Below, one piece after another: positions 35,209-45,036 of a DNA stretch of 64,000 nt (the first letter of the stretch is position 1; the number at the start of each line of letters is the position of its first letter). Below the pieces are notes generated by a model. It was not told where the DNA came from. It worked only from the letters and a program-made list of their open reading frames with translations, and ran no database searches. This DNA comes from Minisyncoccota bacterium (lineage in GTDB: Bacteria > Patescibacteriota > Minisyncoccia > Phycocordibacterales > UBA9973): positions 6,126 to 70,125 of the forward strand of contig JBAYKD010000002.1 in the NCBI GenBank assembly GCA_041664745.1. Reading direction: 5' to 3'. The position numbers and the translations under genes are program-made.

Positions 35209-35940
35209 ATGGAGAATTCATTTCAAACATCATTTATACCCAAAAAGCCTATTATACCTAATGCCACTTCTTCAGGTGGTGGCAGTACCACTAGTATTTC
35301 TATGGTTGTATCTGTTTTCATTCTTGTAGTAATGATATTGGCCTTTGGTGGGCTCTATGTTTATAAGAATTTTTATTTATTAAAAAATAAAGAATCGTTA
35401 TCAGCCAATTTATTTAAAATACGTGATAGTTTTAACAAAGATACAATAACTCTACTTGAGACCTTTGATAAACGTACCAGCATCGCCAAACAAATTCTAG
35501 AAGGCCACGTCGTTCTATCTCCTTTATTTGAGAAAATTAATGAGCTTACTCTTTCTTCTATTCAATACACAAAATTTGAACACAAGGTTAATAACAATCT
35601 TTTTATTGTTAGAATGTCTGGGATAGCTCGTGATTATAAATCTATAGCTATTCAAGCTGATATTTTTAATGCGGATAAAGGGCAAGTATTTAAAAATGTA
35701 ATATTTTCTAATTTAACTAAAGATAAGAATAATTTTGTTACTTTTGATGTTGAGTTTAGTGTAGATCCATCTCTTCTTTCTTATTCTAATAATGTTTCAA
35801 ATTCTAAACCAGAAACATCAGCTCCAGCTCCAGCTCAAATTCAAATCCCAACACCAGCTCCAAATCCAACTACAACAACCACTAATCCTGCCCAACCAAA
35901 TGTAGCTACTCCTTTATCAGTTACAAATAACACACAATAA
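35209..35940 (+). CDS. PilN-like bitopic pilus-assembly protein with Pro/Thr-rich tail
   Basis: It occupies the position after pilM and has a single TM helix. The C-terminus is PETSAPAPAQIQIPTPAPNPTTTTTNPAQPN. Confidence 0.4.
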   Translation: MENSFQTSFIPKKPIIPNATSSGGGSTTSISMVVSVFILVVMILAFGGLYVYKNFYLLKNKESLSANLFKIRDSFNKDTITLLETFDKRTSIAKQILEGHVVLSPLFEKINELTLSSIQYTKFEHKVNNNLFIVRMSGIARDYKSIAIQADIFNADKGQVFKNVIFSNLTKDKNNFVTFDVEFSVDPSLLSYSNNVSNSKPETSAPAPAQIQIPTPAPNPTTTTTNPAQPNVATPLSVTNNTQ

Positions 35941-35942
35941 TT

Positions 35943-36533
35943 ATGAAACTTATTTTCCCAATTTTGTTCGTAGGAATATCTATAGTTATTTTTATTTTTG
36001 GTGTTAATCCAATATATAGTGAAGTTTCAGGTTTGAAAGCTGACATCGCTACTTATAATAGAGCTCTTGATAATTCCACAAACCTTCAAAAGACAGAGGA
36101 TTCTCTTATCAAATCTTATAATGAAATAAGTCAGTCAGACAAAGATCGTTTAAGTAGTTTTCTCCCAGATTCTGTGAATAATATTCAATTTATTCTTGAG
36201 CTTGAGCGTATTGCTAATCTTCATAATATGCCAATAAAGGATATTAAATTTGAAGCTAAAAGTAATAGTAACACTTCTGCTGATCCCAATGTTGTAGTTT
36301 CAGCAATTTCAACCGACACTCGTCCTTATGGAGTTTTCCCCATTGAATTCACGACAGAAGGGGATTATAATTCATTTGTTCTTTTCATAAAAGACCTTGA
36401 GTATAATCTAAGAGTTGCTGATATAAAATCTATATCATTTACTGTTCCAGATGCTGGTGCTAAGCCTGTAGCTGGTTTTGACCCGAATGTTTATCGTTAC
36501 TTAGTAAAAGTCGAGACTTACTGGCTTAAATAA
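35943..36533 (+). CDS. PilO-like pilus-assembly protein
   Basis: N-terminal TM helix, a coiled-coil segment, and a ferredoxin-like C-terminal half. Its gene order is the same as pilMNO. Confidence 0.5.
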   Translation: MKLIFPILFVGISIVIFIFGVNPIYSEVSGLKADIATYNRALDNSTNLQKTEDSLIKSYNEISQSDKDRLSSFLPDSVNNIQFILELERIANLHNMPIKDIKFEAKSNSNTSADPNVVVSAISTDTRPYGVFPIEFTTEGDYNSFVLFIKDLEYNLRVADIKSISFTVPDAGAKPVAGFDPNVYRYLVKVETYWLK

Positions 36534-36539
36534 TTCTAT

Positions 36540-37202
36540 ATGCATAAAAAATATAATAAATTTTTAATAGTATCATTTATAATAGTTTCCATTCTTGGAG
36601 TTTATTCTTATTTTTATAATGATCTAAGATCAGAAGCTGCTACAACAGCAGACGAGGAAAGTCCTCTCACTTCATCACTCGACACAACTACTACAGCACC
36701 AACAGATACAGTAACTGCAAGTAGCCAAGCCACAGAAGACACGGCCTTTCTCATGAAATTAGTTTCCCTCACGAAAATTAAAGTTGATTCATCTCTATTT
36801 AATAATAAAGCCTTTCAGCTTCTAGTAGATAACAATATTAAACTAGAAACTGTTCCATATGGACGTACTAATCCATTTTCTCCTACGACAGGTTCTGTTG
36901 TAAATGCTAATAATAACAAAATTACTTTTTTATTGAAAACCAATCCTGCTACTTTAATAACAAGCAAATCAGTAATTTTGAACGGTTCTCTTGAAGGGGT
37001 TACGTCTGACAATATTTATTTTGAATATGGTACGACAGAAACTCTAGGTAAGGTTACACCTAAAGTTATTCCTTCTTTGATTGGAAATTTTGCTTCAAAT
37101 TTAATAGGTCTTACAAGTAAGACAACATATTTCTTCCGTGCGGCTGCCTTTGTAAATGGTGCGCTCACCTTAGGAGATATAACGTCATTCACTACAAACT
37201 AG
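36540..37202 (+). CDS. bitopic hypothetical protein with C-terminal Ig/Fn3-like domain (pilus-locus associated)
   Basis: TM helix, Thr-rich linker, and a C-terminal beta-domain (ILNGSLEGVTSDNIYFEYGTTETLG...TYFFRAAAF). Confidence 0.4.
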   Translation: MHKKYNKFLIVSFIIVSILGVYSYFYNDLRSEAATTADEESPLTSSLDTTTTAPTDTVTASSQATEDTAFLMKLVSLTKIKVDSSLFNNKAFQLLVDNNIKLETVPYGRTNPFSPTTGSVVNANNNKITFLLKTNPATLITSKSVILNGSLEGVTSDNIYFEYGTTETLGKVTPKVIPSLIGNFASNLIGLTSKTTYFFRAAAFVNGALTLGDITSFTTN

Positions 37203-37203
37203 T

Positions 37204-38931
37204 ATGATGATTCTAGAAGAATTAGTAAAACATGGTCTTCTTACTGAAGATCAAGTACCTGAGATAGTAAAAAAAGCAGAAGATAGATATGGCGGCGATA
37301 TAGAACAGGCGCTTATCAATAGTAATATCAGTGAAGATTCAATCCTTGAAATGAAAGGAACTATTTATAATATTCCAGTGAAGAAAATAGACCCAAGTAT
37401 GGTGACTGCCTCAATTTTAAAAATAATTCCAGCAGAAACAGCAAAGACATACCATTTTATACCAATAGGAGTTGCAAATAATGTTTTAGAAATTGGAATA
37501 ATTGATCCAGAAAATGTTCAAGCTATTGATGTCCTAACTTTCATTACTGCTAAGTTGGATAAGCCATTCAAACTATTTTTAATTAGTAATTCCGTTTTTA
37601 TTAAACTAATAGAAAGATATGATGCACTTGGAAGTGAAGTTGATTTAGCTCTTTCCGAACTTGATCAAGAGATTGCCAACGCAGGAGAAGGTAAGGATAA
37701 AGATAAAAAAGTAAAAAGTGCCCTAGAATTACAAGAGGAAGAGAAAATCACAGAAGATGCTCCGATTATTAAAATTGTGGCAGTTATCTTGAGGCATGCC
37801 GTTGAAGGTAATGCTTCTGATATACACATAGAGCACTCAGGGGATAGGATAAGGGTACGTTTCCGTGTTGATGGTATCCTTCACAATTCTCTAACATTAC
37901 CTGTTGGTGTTTATAACGGAGTTGTTGCTCGTATTAAAATATTAGCGAAGCTCAGGCTTGATGAAAAACGTAAGCCACAGGACGGAGGATTCTCTACGAA
38001 AATGGAAGGACGCAAGATTGACTATCGTGTATCTACGATGCCATCGTACTATGGGGAGAAGATCGTGATGCGTATACTTGATTCACAAAGAGGAGTTAAG
38101 CCACTCGATGATTTGGATATGTCATCTGACAACTTAGCTTTAGTCCGTGAAGCTCTTGATAAACCTTATGGGCTCATTCTTATTACAGGTCCGACGGGAT
38201 CAGGTAAAACAACGACATTAAACTCAATGATAAGTGAACTTGATCATGAAAAAGAAAATATTATTACTCTTGAAGATCCAGTTGAGTATCATATAGATGG
38301 AGTTAACCAATCTCAAGTTGCGCCTGAAATTGGCTATACATTTGCTTCAGGACTTCGTTCTATCTTAAGACAAGACCCGGATATTATAATGGTGGGAGAG
38401 ATTCGTGATAAGGAGACAGCCGAACTAGCTATTCAGGCCGCACTTACTGGCCACCTCGTGTTCTCAACTCTCCACACAAACAGTGCTGTCGGAGCAATCC
38501 CTCGTCTTATCGATATGGGTATCGATCCATACCTTATAGCTCCGACCTTAATTCTTTGTATGGCACAACGTTTGGCTCGTAAAATACATCCAAGCTCCAA
38601 ACAACAGATTCCAATAGATGAAGCTACTCAAATCATGTTTGATAAACATTTTGGAGACTTACCTATCGAATTTAAATCTAAAATTAATTTCTCAAAAGAT
38701 ATCTATGAAGCAGTGCCATCACCTGAATGTCCTTCTGGAATGCTTGGACGTGTCCCTGTCTATGAAATGTTTAAAATTGATAAAGAAATGCAGAAAATAA
38801 TTCTCCAAAAGCCACAAGAGGAGGAAATATATAGACTAGCACGCTCTCGTGGAATGCTTACTATTCGTGAAGATGCCATCATAAAGAGTATGAATGGGCT
38901 CATCCCATTTAAAGAAGTGTATAATTTCTAG
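37204..38931 (+). CDS. pilB: type IV pilus assembly ATPase PilB (GspE family)
   Basis: N-terminal T2SSE_N domain, Walker A GPTGSGKTTT, Asp box, Walker B IIMVGEIRD, His box TGHLVFSTLHTN, and a tetra-Cys-like region. Confidence 0.93.
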   Translation: MMILEELVKHGLLTEDQVPEIVKKAEDRYGGDIEQALINSNISEDSILEMKGTIYNIPVKKIDPSMVTASILKIIPAETAKTYHFIPIGVANNVLEIGIIDPENVQAIDVLTFITAKLDKPFKLFLISNSVFIKLIERYDALGSEVDLALSELDQEIANAGEGKDKDKKVKSALELQEEEKITEDAPIIKIVAVILRHAVEGNASDIHIEHSGDRIRVRFRVDGILHNSLTLPVGVYNGVVARIKILAKLRLDEKRKPQDGGFSTKMEGRKIDYRVSTMPSYYGEKIVMRILDSQRGVKPLDDLDMSSDNLALVREALDKPYGLILITGPTGSGKTTTLNSMISELDHEKENIITLEDPVEYHIDGVNQSQVAPEIGYTFASGLRSILRQDPDIIMVGEIRDKETAELAIQAALTGHLVFSTLHTNSAVGAIPRLIDMGIDPYLIAPTLILCMAQRLARKIHPSSKQQIPIDEATQIMFDKHFGDLPIEFKSKINFSKDIYEAVPSPECPSGMLGRVPVYEMFKIDKEMQKIILQKPQEEEIYRLARSRGMLTIREDAIIKSMNGLIPFKEVYNF

Positions 38932-38965
38932 GAGAACTATTGTAATTGTATTATAATGTATAGGT

Positions 38966-39355
38966 ATGGAAACGAACAAAAAAATTCTTATTATTGATGA
39001 TGATAATTTCCTTTTGGATATGTATGCACTCAAATTTGGCAAGTCTTCATTTGACGTGACTTCGGCCTTAGGTCCTGAAATTGCTCTCGAGAAATTACGT
39101 GGAGGCTTGCTTCCCGATATAATATTACTAGATATCGTCATGCCGGTAATGGATGGATTCGAATTATTGGAAAAAATGAAAGAAGAAAATTTATCGCCTG
39201 ATTCTATTAAAATTATTCTTTCAAACAGAGGTCAGCCTTCTGATATTGCCCGCGGAGAAGCTCTCGGTGCATCTGGATACATAGTGAAAGCTTCAAGTAC
39301 ACCGACAGAAGTAATAGATAAAGTAAGAAGTATTATTAGCGAACATAAAAAGTAA
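38966..39355 (+). CDS. stand-alone response-regulator receiver domain (CheY-like)
   Basis: ILIIDDD, phospho-acceptor context ILLDIVMPVMDG, and conserved Ser/Lys positions (ILSN..., YIVKA). Confidence 0.85.
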   Translation: METNKKILIIDDDNFLLDMYALKFGKSSFDVTSALGPEIALEKLRGGLLPDIILLDIVMPVMDGFELLEKMKEENLSPDSIKIILSNRGQPSDIARGEALGASGYIVKASSTPTEVIDKVRSIISEHKK

Positions 39356-39359
39356 CAAA

Positions 39360-40418
39360 ATGGATTATAATAAATTTTTAGAAGAAATATTAACAAGTTT
39401 AATTCATGAAGATGGATCAGATTTGCACTTAGGAGAAGGGCGTAAGCCAGCTGTTCGTGTAAATGGCCAACTTGTTTTTCTTTCGAATAAAGAAGTTTTA
39501 AAGAAAGAAGATATAACTAGCCTTCTAGATATACTTCTTGGAAAAGAAAAGACTCTTAAATTTTTAGAAGAAAAGGAAGTTGATTTTTCATATTCTTTTA
39601 AAGGAGTTACTCACCTACGTGGTAATGCTTTTTTCCAAAGAGGTGGCATATGTATAGCTATACGACTTGTTCCTAAGGCCAAAACTTTTGAAGAGCTTAA
39701 TCTACCAGCAATTCTTAAAACATTTGCACTAAAGAAACAAGGATTTTTCCTTGTTGTTGGACCTGTCGGTCAAGGTAAATCTACTACACTCTCGACAATG
39801 ATTAACTTTATAAACAAAGAAAGTACTACTCATATAATAACCATAGAAGATCCTATCGAATATGTTTATCAACAAGATAGATCCATCATTGATCAAAGAG
39901 AAATCGGACTTGATACAAAAGATTTCCCTATCGCTCTCCGGTCAGTTTTCCGTGAAGACGTGAATGTGATTCTGATAGGTGAGATGCGTAGTAATGATAC
40001 AATGTCAGCGGCAGTTACAGCAGCTGAGACGGGGCACTTAGTCTTCTCTACGCTTCATACGAACAATGCCCCTCAGACTATCGATCGCATTATAGATTCA
40101 TTCCCAGCCAATCAACAAGAACAGATTAGATTACAATTAGCATCGAGTTTGCTCGGCATACTTTCAGAGCGTTTGATTCCTCGTGTTACAGGTGGCAGAA
40201 TTCCTGCTTTTGAATTGCTTATTAATAATAATGCAGTTGCCAATCTAATAAGAGAGAAAAGAACTCATGAGATAAATACTGTCATCGAAACATCCTCCGA
40301 GCAGGGGATGATAGATATGAATAGATATCTTATAGAATTGGTAGCAAAAGGAGAAATAACTCTTGAAAGTGCTTATCAATTCTCATTTAATCCTAAGGCT
40401 CTTGAACGCATGATTTAA
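39360..40418 (+). CDS. pilT: twitching-motility (retraction) ATPase PilT
   Basis: Walker A GPVGQGKSTT, ITIEDPIEY, ILIGEMR, TGHLVFSTLHTN, and the AIANLIRE-like motif AVANLIREKR. Confidence 0.92.
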   Translation: MDYNKFLEEILTSLIHEDGSDLHLGEGRKPAVRVNGQLVFLSNKEVLKKEDITSLLDILLGKEKTLKFLEEKEVDFSYSFKGVTHLRGNAFFQRGGICIAIRLVPKAKTFEELNLPAILKTFALKKQGFFLVVGPVGQGKSTTLSTMINFINKESTTHIITIEDPIEYVYQQDRSIIDQREIGLDTKDFPIALRSVFREDVNVILIGEMRSNDTMSAAVTAAETGHLVFSTLHTNNAPQTIDRIIDSFPANQQEQIRLQLASSLLGILSERLIPRVTGGRIPAFELLINNNAVANLIREKRTHEINTVIETSSEQGMIDMNRYLIELVAKGEITLESAYQFSFNPKALERMI

Positions 40419-40423
40419 ACTTT

Positions 40424-41629
40424 ATGTTATTTAATTATGAATCCATCACAAATACAGGAGAGAAGAAGGTTGGCTCTATAGATGCTTCATCTAAAGATTC
40501 GGCTATTTCAGCCCTTCAGCGAAGAGGATTGATAGTTTCTTCCATTAAAGAAGAAGGAATTAAGAATGGTATATTCCATACATCTTTTTTTCAAAAAAGA
40601 ATAAAGATGAAGGATGTTGTGATCATGTCACGACAAATCTCTACTTTATTTGAAGCACAAGTCTCTGCCTTGAAAGCTTTTAATTTACTTGCTTCAAATA
40701 CTGAGAATCCTGCCTTAGTAAAAATTTTAAATACAATATCTGCTGATATAGAGTCTGGTGTTTCTATTTCTGAAGCTCTCGCTCGTCACCCCGATATCTT
40801 TTCTGTCTTTTATGTAAACATGGTTAAAGCAGGGGAGGAATCAGGTAAGCTCACACAAACCTTCTCATATCTAGCAGAATACCTTGATCGTCAATATCAA
40901 CTTACTTCTAAGACGAAGAATGCTCTTATATATCCATCATTTGTTATCGGAGTCTTTCTCATCGTTATGGTTTTGATGTTCGTTTTTATTGTTCCTAAAT
41001 TAGCTGCTATTATTAAAGATTCAGGACAAGAAATTCCTTTTTCTACGAAGATTGTTTTTGCGTTAAGTGATTTATTAATCAATTATGGATTATTTGTAGT
41101 TATTGGAATTTTCATTTTTGTTATTTATATAATTAGATTAAGCAAAACGCAATCTGGTCAAAAATATTTAGACAGACTAAAACTAACTACTCCTGTTTTA
41201 AAAAATATATATATCAAGCTTTATCTTTCCCGTATTGCCGACAACTTAGATACACTATTATCTTCTGGTGTTACTATTATTCGTTCGATTGAACTCACTT
41301 CTGTTGTTGTAGGCAATAGAGTCTATGAAGATTTACTGAAAGATGTAACTGAGAAAGTTAAAGGAGGCAATTCTTTATCCGAAGCCTTTTCATCTTCTCC
41401 GGAAATTCCACCAATTATGACGGGTATGATTCGTGTTGGTGAGGAGACGGGTTCTCTCGGAAGTATTTTGAAAACTTTAGGTAAATTTTACAATCGTGAG
41501 GTAAACGAAGCTGTGGATACAATGGTTTCTTTGATAGAACCGATGATGATTGTGGCTCTTGGATTAGGAGTTGGACTCCTCCTTACTTCCGTTTTGATGC
41601 CGATTTACAATATTGCTGGTGGAATTTAA
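40424..41629 (+). CDS. pilC: type IV pilus platform protein PilC (GspF family)
   Basis: Two T2SSF repeats, 3 TM helices, and the C-terminal LLTSVLMPIYNIAGGI. Confidence 0.92.
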   Translation: MLFNYESITNTGEKKVGSIDASSKDSAISALQRRGLIVSSIKEEGIKNGIFHTSFFQKRIKMKDVVIMSRQISTLFEAQVSALKAFNLLASNTENPALVKILNTISADIESGVSISEALARHPDIFSVFYVNMVKAGEESGKLTQTFSYLAEYLDRQYQLTSKTKNALIYPSFVIGVFLIVMVLMFVFIVPKLAAIIKDSGQEIPFSTKIVFALSDLLINYGLFVVIGIFIFVIYIIRLSKTQSGQKYLDRLKLTTPVLKNIYIKLYLSRIADNLDTLLSSGVTIIRSIELTSVVVGNRVYEDLLKDVTEKVKGGNSLSEAFSSSPEIPPIMTGMIRVGEETGSLGSILKTLGKFYNREVNEAVDTMVSLIEPMMIVALGLGVGLLLTSVLMPIYNIAGGI

Positions 41630-41714
41630 ATAAATCAGTGATTTTTGACTTATCCACATCTTACTCTTGTGCTTTAAAGAATTTTATATGATATAATATG
41701 AGTATTAAAAAATG

Positions 41715-41750
41715 AGGTCGCGGTCTTTTATACTAAAGACAAAATTATTA
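41715..41750 (+). promoter_or_regulatory. conserved pilin-leader motif, copy 1 (AGGTCGCGGTCTTTTATACTAAAGACAAAATTATTA)
   Basis: The motif recurs upstream of the second pilin (42234..42267). It contains the hairpin GTCTTT-N-AAAGAC and lies downstream of an extended -10 (TGATATAAT, 41689..41697). Confidence 0.4.
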
Positions 41751-41764
41751 ATTAAAATTTAATC

Positions 41765-42223
41765 ATGAAAAAAAATAAAGGTTTTACGCTTATTGAACTT
41801 CTCGTCGTTATCGCAATTATTGGTATTTTGGCTTCAGTAGTTTTAGCGTCCTTAACGAGTGCTCGAATAAAGGGTAAAGTTGCTGCTATAGAGTCTACGA
41901 TGTCTTCAATGCGAGCTGCAGCCGAGATTGGAATGTCAAATGGTAAATATATTGCACATATTTGTACCGTTCCGAGTACGGGTGGGGGTATACAGACATT
42001 ATTGGCATCTATTCAGTTAGTTTCTTCTAAGGCTACAGACGTACGATGCGCTAGTGATGCTGGACATTTCAAATGGGGTGTTTCTGCTACTCTTCCTGCT
42101 ACTTCTTCTACTCCAGCTGGTACCGTCTTCTGTGTTGATAGTACGGGATATTCTGGTACAGTTACAGGTGCTACTAAGATAGTAGCAGGTGATGATACTA
42201 GTACCGCTACTACTTGTTTATAA
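41765..42223 (+). CDS. type IV major pilin (prepilin)
   Basis: Class III signal MKKNKG|FTLIELLVVIAIIGILASVVLASL, with a variable C-terminal half containing Cys pairs. Confidence 0.9.
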   Translation: MKKNKGFTLIELLVVIAIIGILASVVLASLTSARIKGKVAAIESTMSSMRAAAEIGMSNGKYIAHICTVPSTGGGIQTLLASIQLVSSKATDVRCASDAGHFKWGVSATLPATSSTPAGTVFCVDSTGYSGTVTGATKIVAGDDTSTATTCL

Positions 42224-42233
42224 TTATTAGTTA

Positions 42234-42267
42234 AGGTCGCGTCTTTTTATAAAGACAAATTATTATT
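42234..42267 (+). promoter_or_regulatory. conserved pilin-leader motif, copy 2 (AGGTCGCGTCTTTTTATAAAGACAAATTATTATTA)
   Basis: See copy 1. This copy sits in the pilin1-pilin2 spacer. Confidence 0.4.
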
Positions 42268-42302
42268 AAGTTATTAAATTTCTACCTTTGGTAGAAAATA
42301 TT

Positions 42303-42812
42303 ATGAAAAAAAATAAAGGTTTTACACTTATTGAACTTCTAGTTGTTATTGCAATTATTGGTATATTAGCATCTGTTGTCTTGGCTTCACTTTCAAGTGC
42401 TCGAAATAAAGGAAAGGATGCCGCTGTTAAATCTCAACTCTCAAGTATGAGAGCTCAAGCAGAAATTTTCTATTCAACAGCTGAGACTTATGTTGGTATT
42501 TGTACAGGAGATATTGCTACAGTGCCAGGTGCATTTGGTGGTACAGGAGGATTACTCACTGCTATTGTAGCTTCTGAAGGTGTTTCAACTTCTGTAAATG
42601 CAGTAAACACAGTTGCAGGAAATGCTACTACTTCTCCATATTCTGTAACTTGTCACTCTATAGCTGATGCATGGGTAGCCGAGGCTCCTTTGGTCTCTGT
42701 AGCTGCAGTTGCTCCCGCTACTGTTAAAATGTACTGTGTAGATAGCACTGGTGCTTCTAAGGAAACAAGTACAGCTATAGCATCAGATGCAACAGCTTGT
42801 CCAACAAACTAA
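42303..42812 (+). CDS. type IV pilin paralog (prepilin)
   Basis: Start at ATG 42303. Its first ~30 aa are identical or near-identical to the upstream pilin (MKKNKGFTLIELLVVIAIIGILASVVLASL), and the C-terminal domain is diverged. Confidence 0.9.
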   Translation: MKKNKGFTLIELLVVIAIIGILASVVLASLSSARNKGKDAAVKSQLSSMRAQAEIFYSTAETYVGICTGDIATVPGAFGGTGGLLTAIVASEGVSTSVNAVNTVAGNATTSPYSVTCHSIADAWVAEAPLVSVAAVAPATVKMYCVDSTGASKETSTAIASDATACPTN

Positions 42813-42829
42813 ATTTTAATTAATTTTAC

Positions 42830-42861
42830 AAAAAACCACTTCAATCTTGAGTGGTTTTTTG
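42830..42861 (+). terminator. rho-independent terminator after the pilin pair
   Basis: AAAAAACCACT-TCAATCTTG-AGTGGTTTTTTG. Confidence 0.7.
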
Positions 42862-42886
42862 TTTGTTTGGATGTTATACTATATAC

Positions 42887-43699
42887 ATGAATACACTTGT
42901 CTTTATCTTTATCTTTTTACTAGGGACTATTATTGGTAGTTTCTTGAATGTCATTATTTTTAGATTTAATACTGGTAAAACTATCGTTTCCGGCCGATCT
43001 ATTTGTATGACTTGTAATCGCACCTTGAGATGGTACGAACTTATCCCTCTTTTCTCTTTTTTAATACAATCCGGCAAGTGTAGACGCTGCGCCGAGAAAA
43101 TATCTCACCAATATCCACTTGTTGAATTCATAACAGGATTAATGTTTGTTTTGGTTGCTTATCACTTCATTCCAATAATATTCTTTTCCCCATTATTATA
43201 TTTACTGATTGTTGTTTTATTTGCTTTTATTTTTTCAATTTTAATTGTTATTTCTGTATATGATATTCGTCATAAGGTTATTCCTGATAAGCTTGTCTTT
43301 ATTTTTTCTCTCACTGCTTTCCTTTCTATTTTTATAAATTATTCTGATTTTGGTACTTTGTTTGTCTTGCCGAGCGCTTCTGCAATTCTTGCGGGGCCAC
43401 TACTTGCTTTGCCATTTTTCTTTATCTGGCTTTTATCTCGTGGTAAATGGATGGGCCTAGGTGATGCTAAACTTATGCTTGGACTAGGTTGGATTCTTGG
43501 TATTTATATGGGTCTTGCTTCTATGATTTTGGCTTTTTGGATTGGAGCTATCGTCGGTCTTTTCATTATGTTCTTCTTGAAAAAGAAAGTTAGCATGAAG
43601 ACTGAGATACCATTTGCCCCATTTTTGATTATAAGTGCGTTTATTGTCTTTCTCTTTAGTATAGATATTTTTACTTTAGCAGCATTATTTCAGTTTTAA
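42887..43699 (+). CDS. pilD: prepilin peptidase / N-methyltransferase PilD (A24 family)
   Basis: Start at MNTLVFIF. Two CxxC pairs (CMTCNRTL...CRRCAEKI) and catalytic Asp contexts VYDIRHKVIPD and GLGDAKLM. Confidence 0.9.
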   Translation: MNTLVFIFIFLLGTIIGSFLNVIIFRFNTGKTIVSGRSICMTCNRTLRWYELIPLFSFLIQSGKCRRCAEKISHQYPLVEFITGLMFVLVAYHFIPIIFFSPLLYLLIVVLFAFIFSILIVISVYDIRHKVIPDKLVFIFSLTAFLSIFINYSDFGTLFVLPSASAILAGPLLALPFFFIWLLSRGKWMGLGDAKLMLGLGWILGIYMGLASMILAFWIGAIVGLFIMFFLKKKVSMKTEIPFAPFLIISAFIVFLFSIDIFTLAALFQF

Positions 43700-43711
43700 T
43701 TTATTTATTCG

Positions 43712-44380
43712 ATGTATAAGAATATAAACAGAATAATAAAATACAAGTTGCAGTTGCCTTATAATAAAGGATTAACCTTGATAGAGTTAATGGTAGTTAT
43801 TTCTATTTTCCTTGTAATTACGACTACTGTAATTTTTAATTATGGTACTTTTAACTCAAATGTTTCCTTGCAAAATCTTACAGACGACGTAGCCCTCTCT
43901 ATTCGTAAAGCTCAAGGTTTTGCTATTGGTGCCCGTGCGGTTGGGGACAATTTTAGAAATAGTTATGGCATGCATTTCTCTGTGGACAGTAGCCCATCTG
44001 GTTCTTTATCAGGATCCAATAAATCGTTTTTAATGTTCTCTGTTCCAACTGCTGATACTAAAAAATATACTGACAATGGTAGTATGAGTGACGTTTGTGG
44101 TAATAATACCAATCAATGTATAGAATTATTTAACATAACGAGTGCTGATAATATAAAAGAACTAAGAATAGATGATGTTTCAAAAGTAGCAGGATCTATA
44201 GATATTATCTTTACTCGTCCGAACACCAGAGCTTATTTTTGCTATAGAGCCAATACAAGTAGTGATTGTGTTACTGCTTCTAGGGTAGATATTGTAATTT
44301 CAAATGGACAGACAGATGTAGGTAAAGAAAGAACTAAAACAATTTCTGTTCAAAATACTGGACAGATAAGTATTCAATAA
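43712..44380 (+). CDS. minor pilin / pseudopilin
   Basis: Prepilin N-terminus NKG|LTLIELMVVISIFLVI. Confidence 0.75.
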   Translation: MYKNINRIIKYKLQLPYNKGLTLIELMVVISIFLVITTTVIFNYGTFNSNVSLQNLTDDVALSIRKAQGFAIGARAVGDNFRNSYGMHFSVDSSPSGSLSGSNKSFLMFSVPTADTKKYTDNGSMSDVCGNNTNQCIELFNITSADNIKELRIDDVSKVAGSIDIIFTRPNTRAYFCYRANTSSDCVTASRVDIVISNGQTDVGKERTKTISVQNTGQISIQ

Positions 44381-44381
44381 T

Positions 44382-45035
44382 ATGACATTCATAAAGAAAC
44401 AAGAAAATACAGGGTTTACCCCCACACCAACTTTCAAGAGTAGGGGAAAGTTGGTGTGGGGGTTTACACTTATAGAGCTAATGATCGCTACTTCATTATT
44501 TACTGTTATTATGCTTATGGGAGTAGGATCTCTAGTTGTGTCTTCAAATTCATCGAAGGCTTCCCAAAAGCTTAGAATCACAGTGGATAATGTAAATTTT
44601 GCTATGGAGAACATGACTCGTGAGCTTCGCATGGGAACTAATTATGAGTGTGCAACATCATTTGTTAATTTAGCTAGCCCAATTCCCACTGATTGTCCCT
44701 TGGGAACTACACCTGGGAATATAATTGCTTTTAATCCACAGCAAACCTTAGGTGCTCCACTTAGAGTTTCTTATCAATTAAAACCAAGAAATGACGCTAC
44801 AGGAACTAACAGCCTAGAGAGATGTGAGATCAATACAACTCCTTGTTCCGAGATTGTTTCACCGGATGTTGATATAAAGACGTTAAAATTTTTTGTAAAA
44901 GGTTCCCAAACTAATGATACTATTCAACCTAGTGTAGAAATTTTAATAAAAGGAGTTGTGACTATTAAGAATAAAAATATTTCTAAATCCTTTACTCTCC
45001 AAACAATGACTTCGCAACGTTCAGCAGAAAAATAA
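44382..45035 (+). CDS. minor pilin / pseudopilin
   Basis: Long leader followed by G|FTLIELMIATSLFTVI. Confidence 0.75.
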   Translation: MTFIKKQENTGFTPTPTFKSRGKLVWGFTLIELMIATSLFTVIMLMGVGSLVVSSNSSKASQKLRITVDNVNFAMENMTRELRMGTNYECATSFVNLASPIPTDCPLGTTPGNIIAFNPQQTLGAPLRVSYQLKPRNDATGTNSLERCEINTTPCSEIVSPDVDIKTLKFFVKGSQTNDTIQPSVEILIKGVVTIKNKNISKSFTLQTMTSQRSAEK

Positions 45036-45036
45036 T

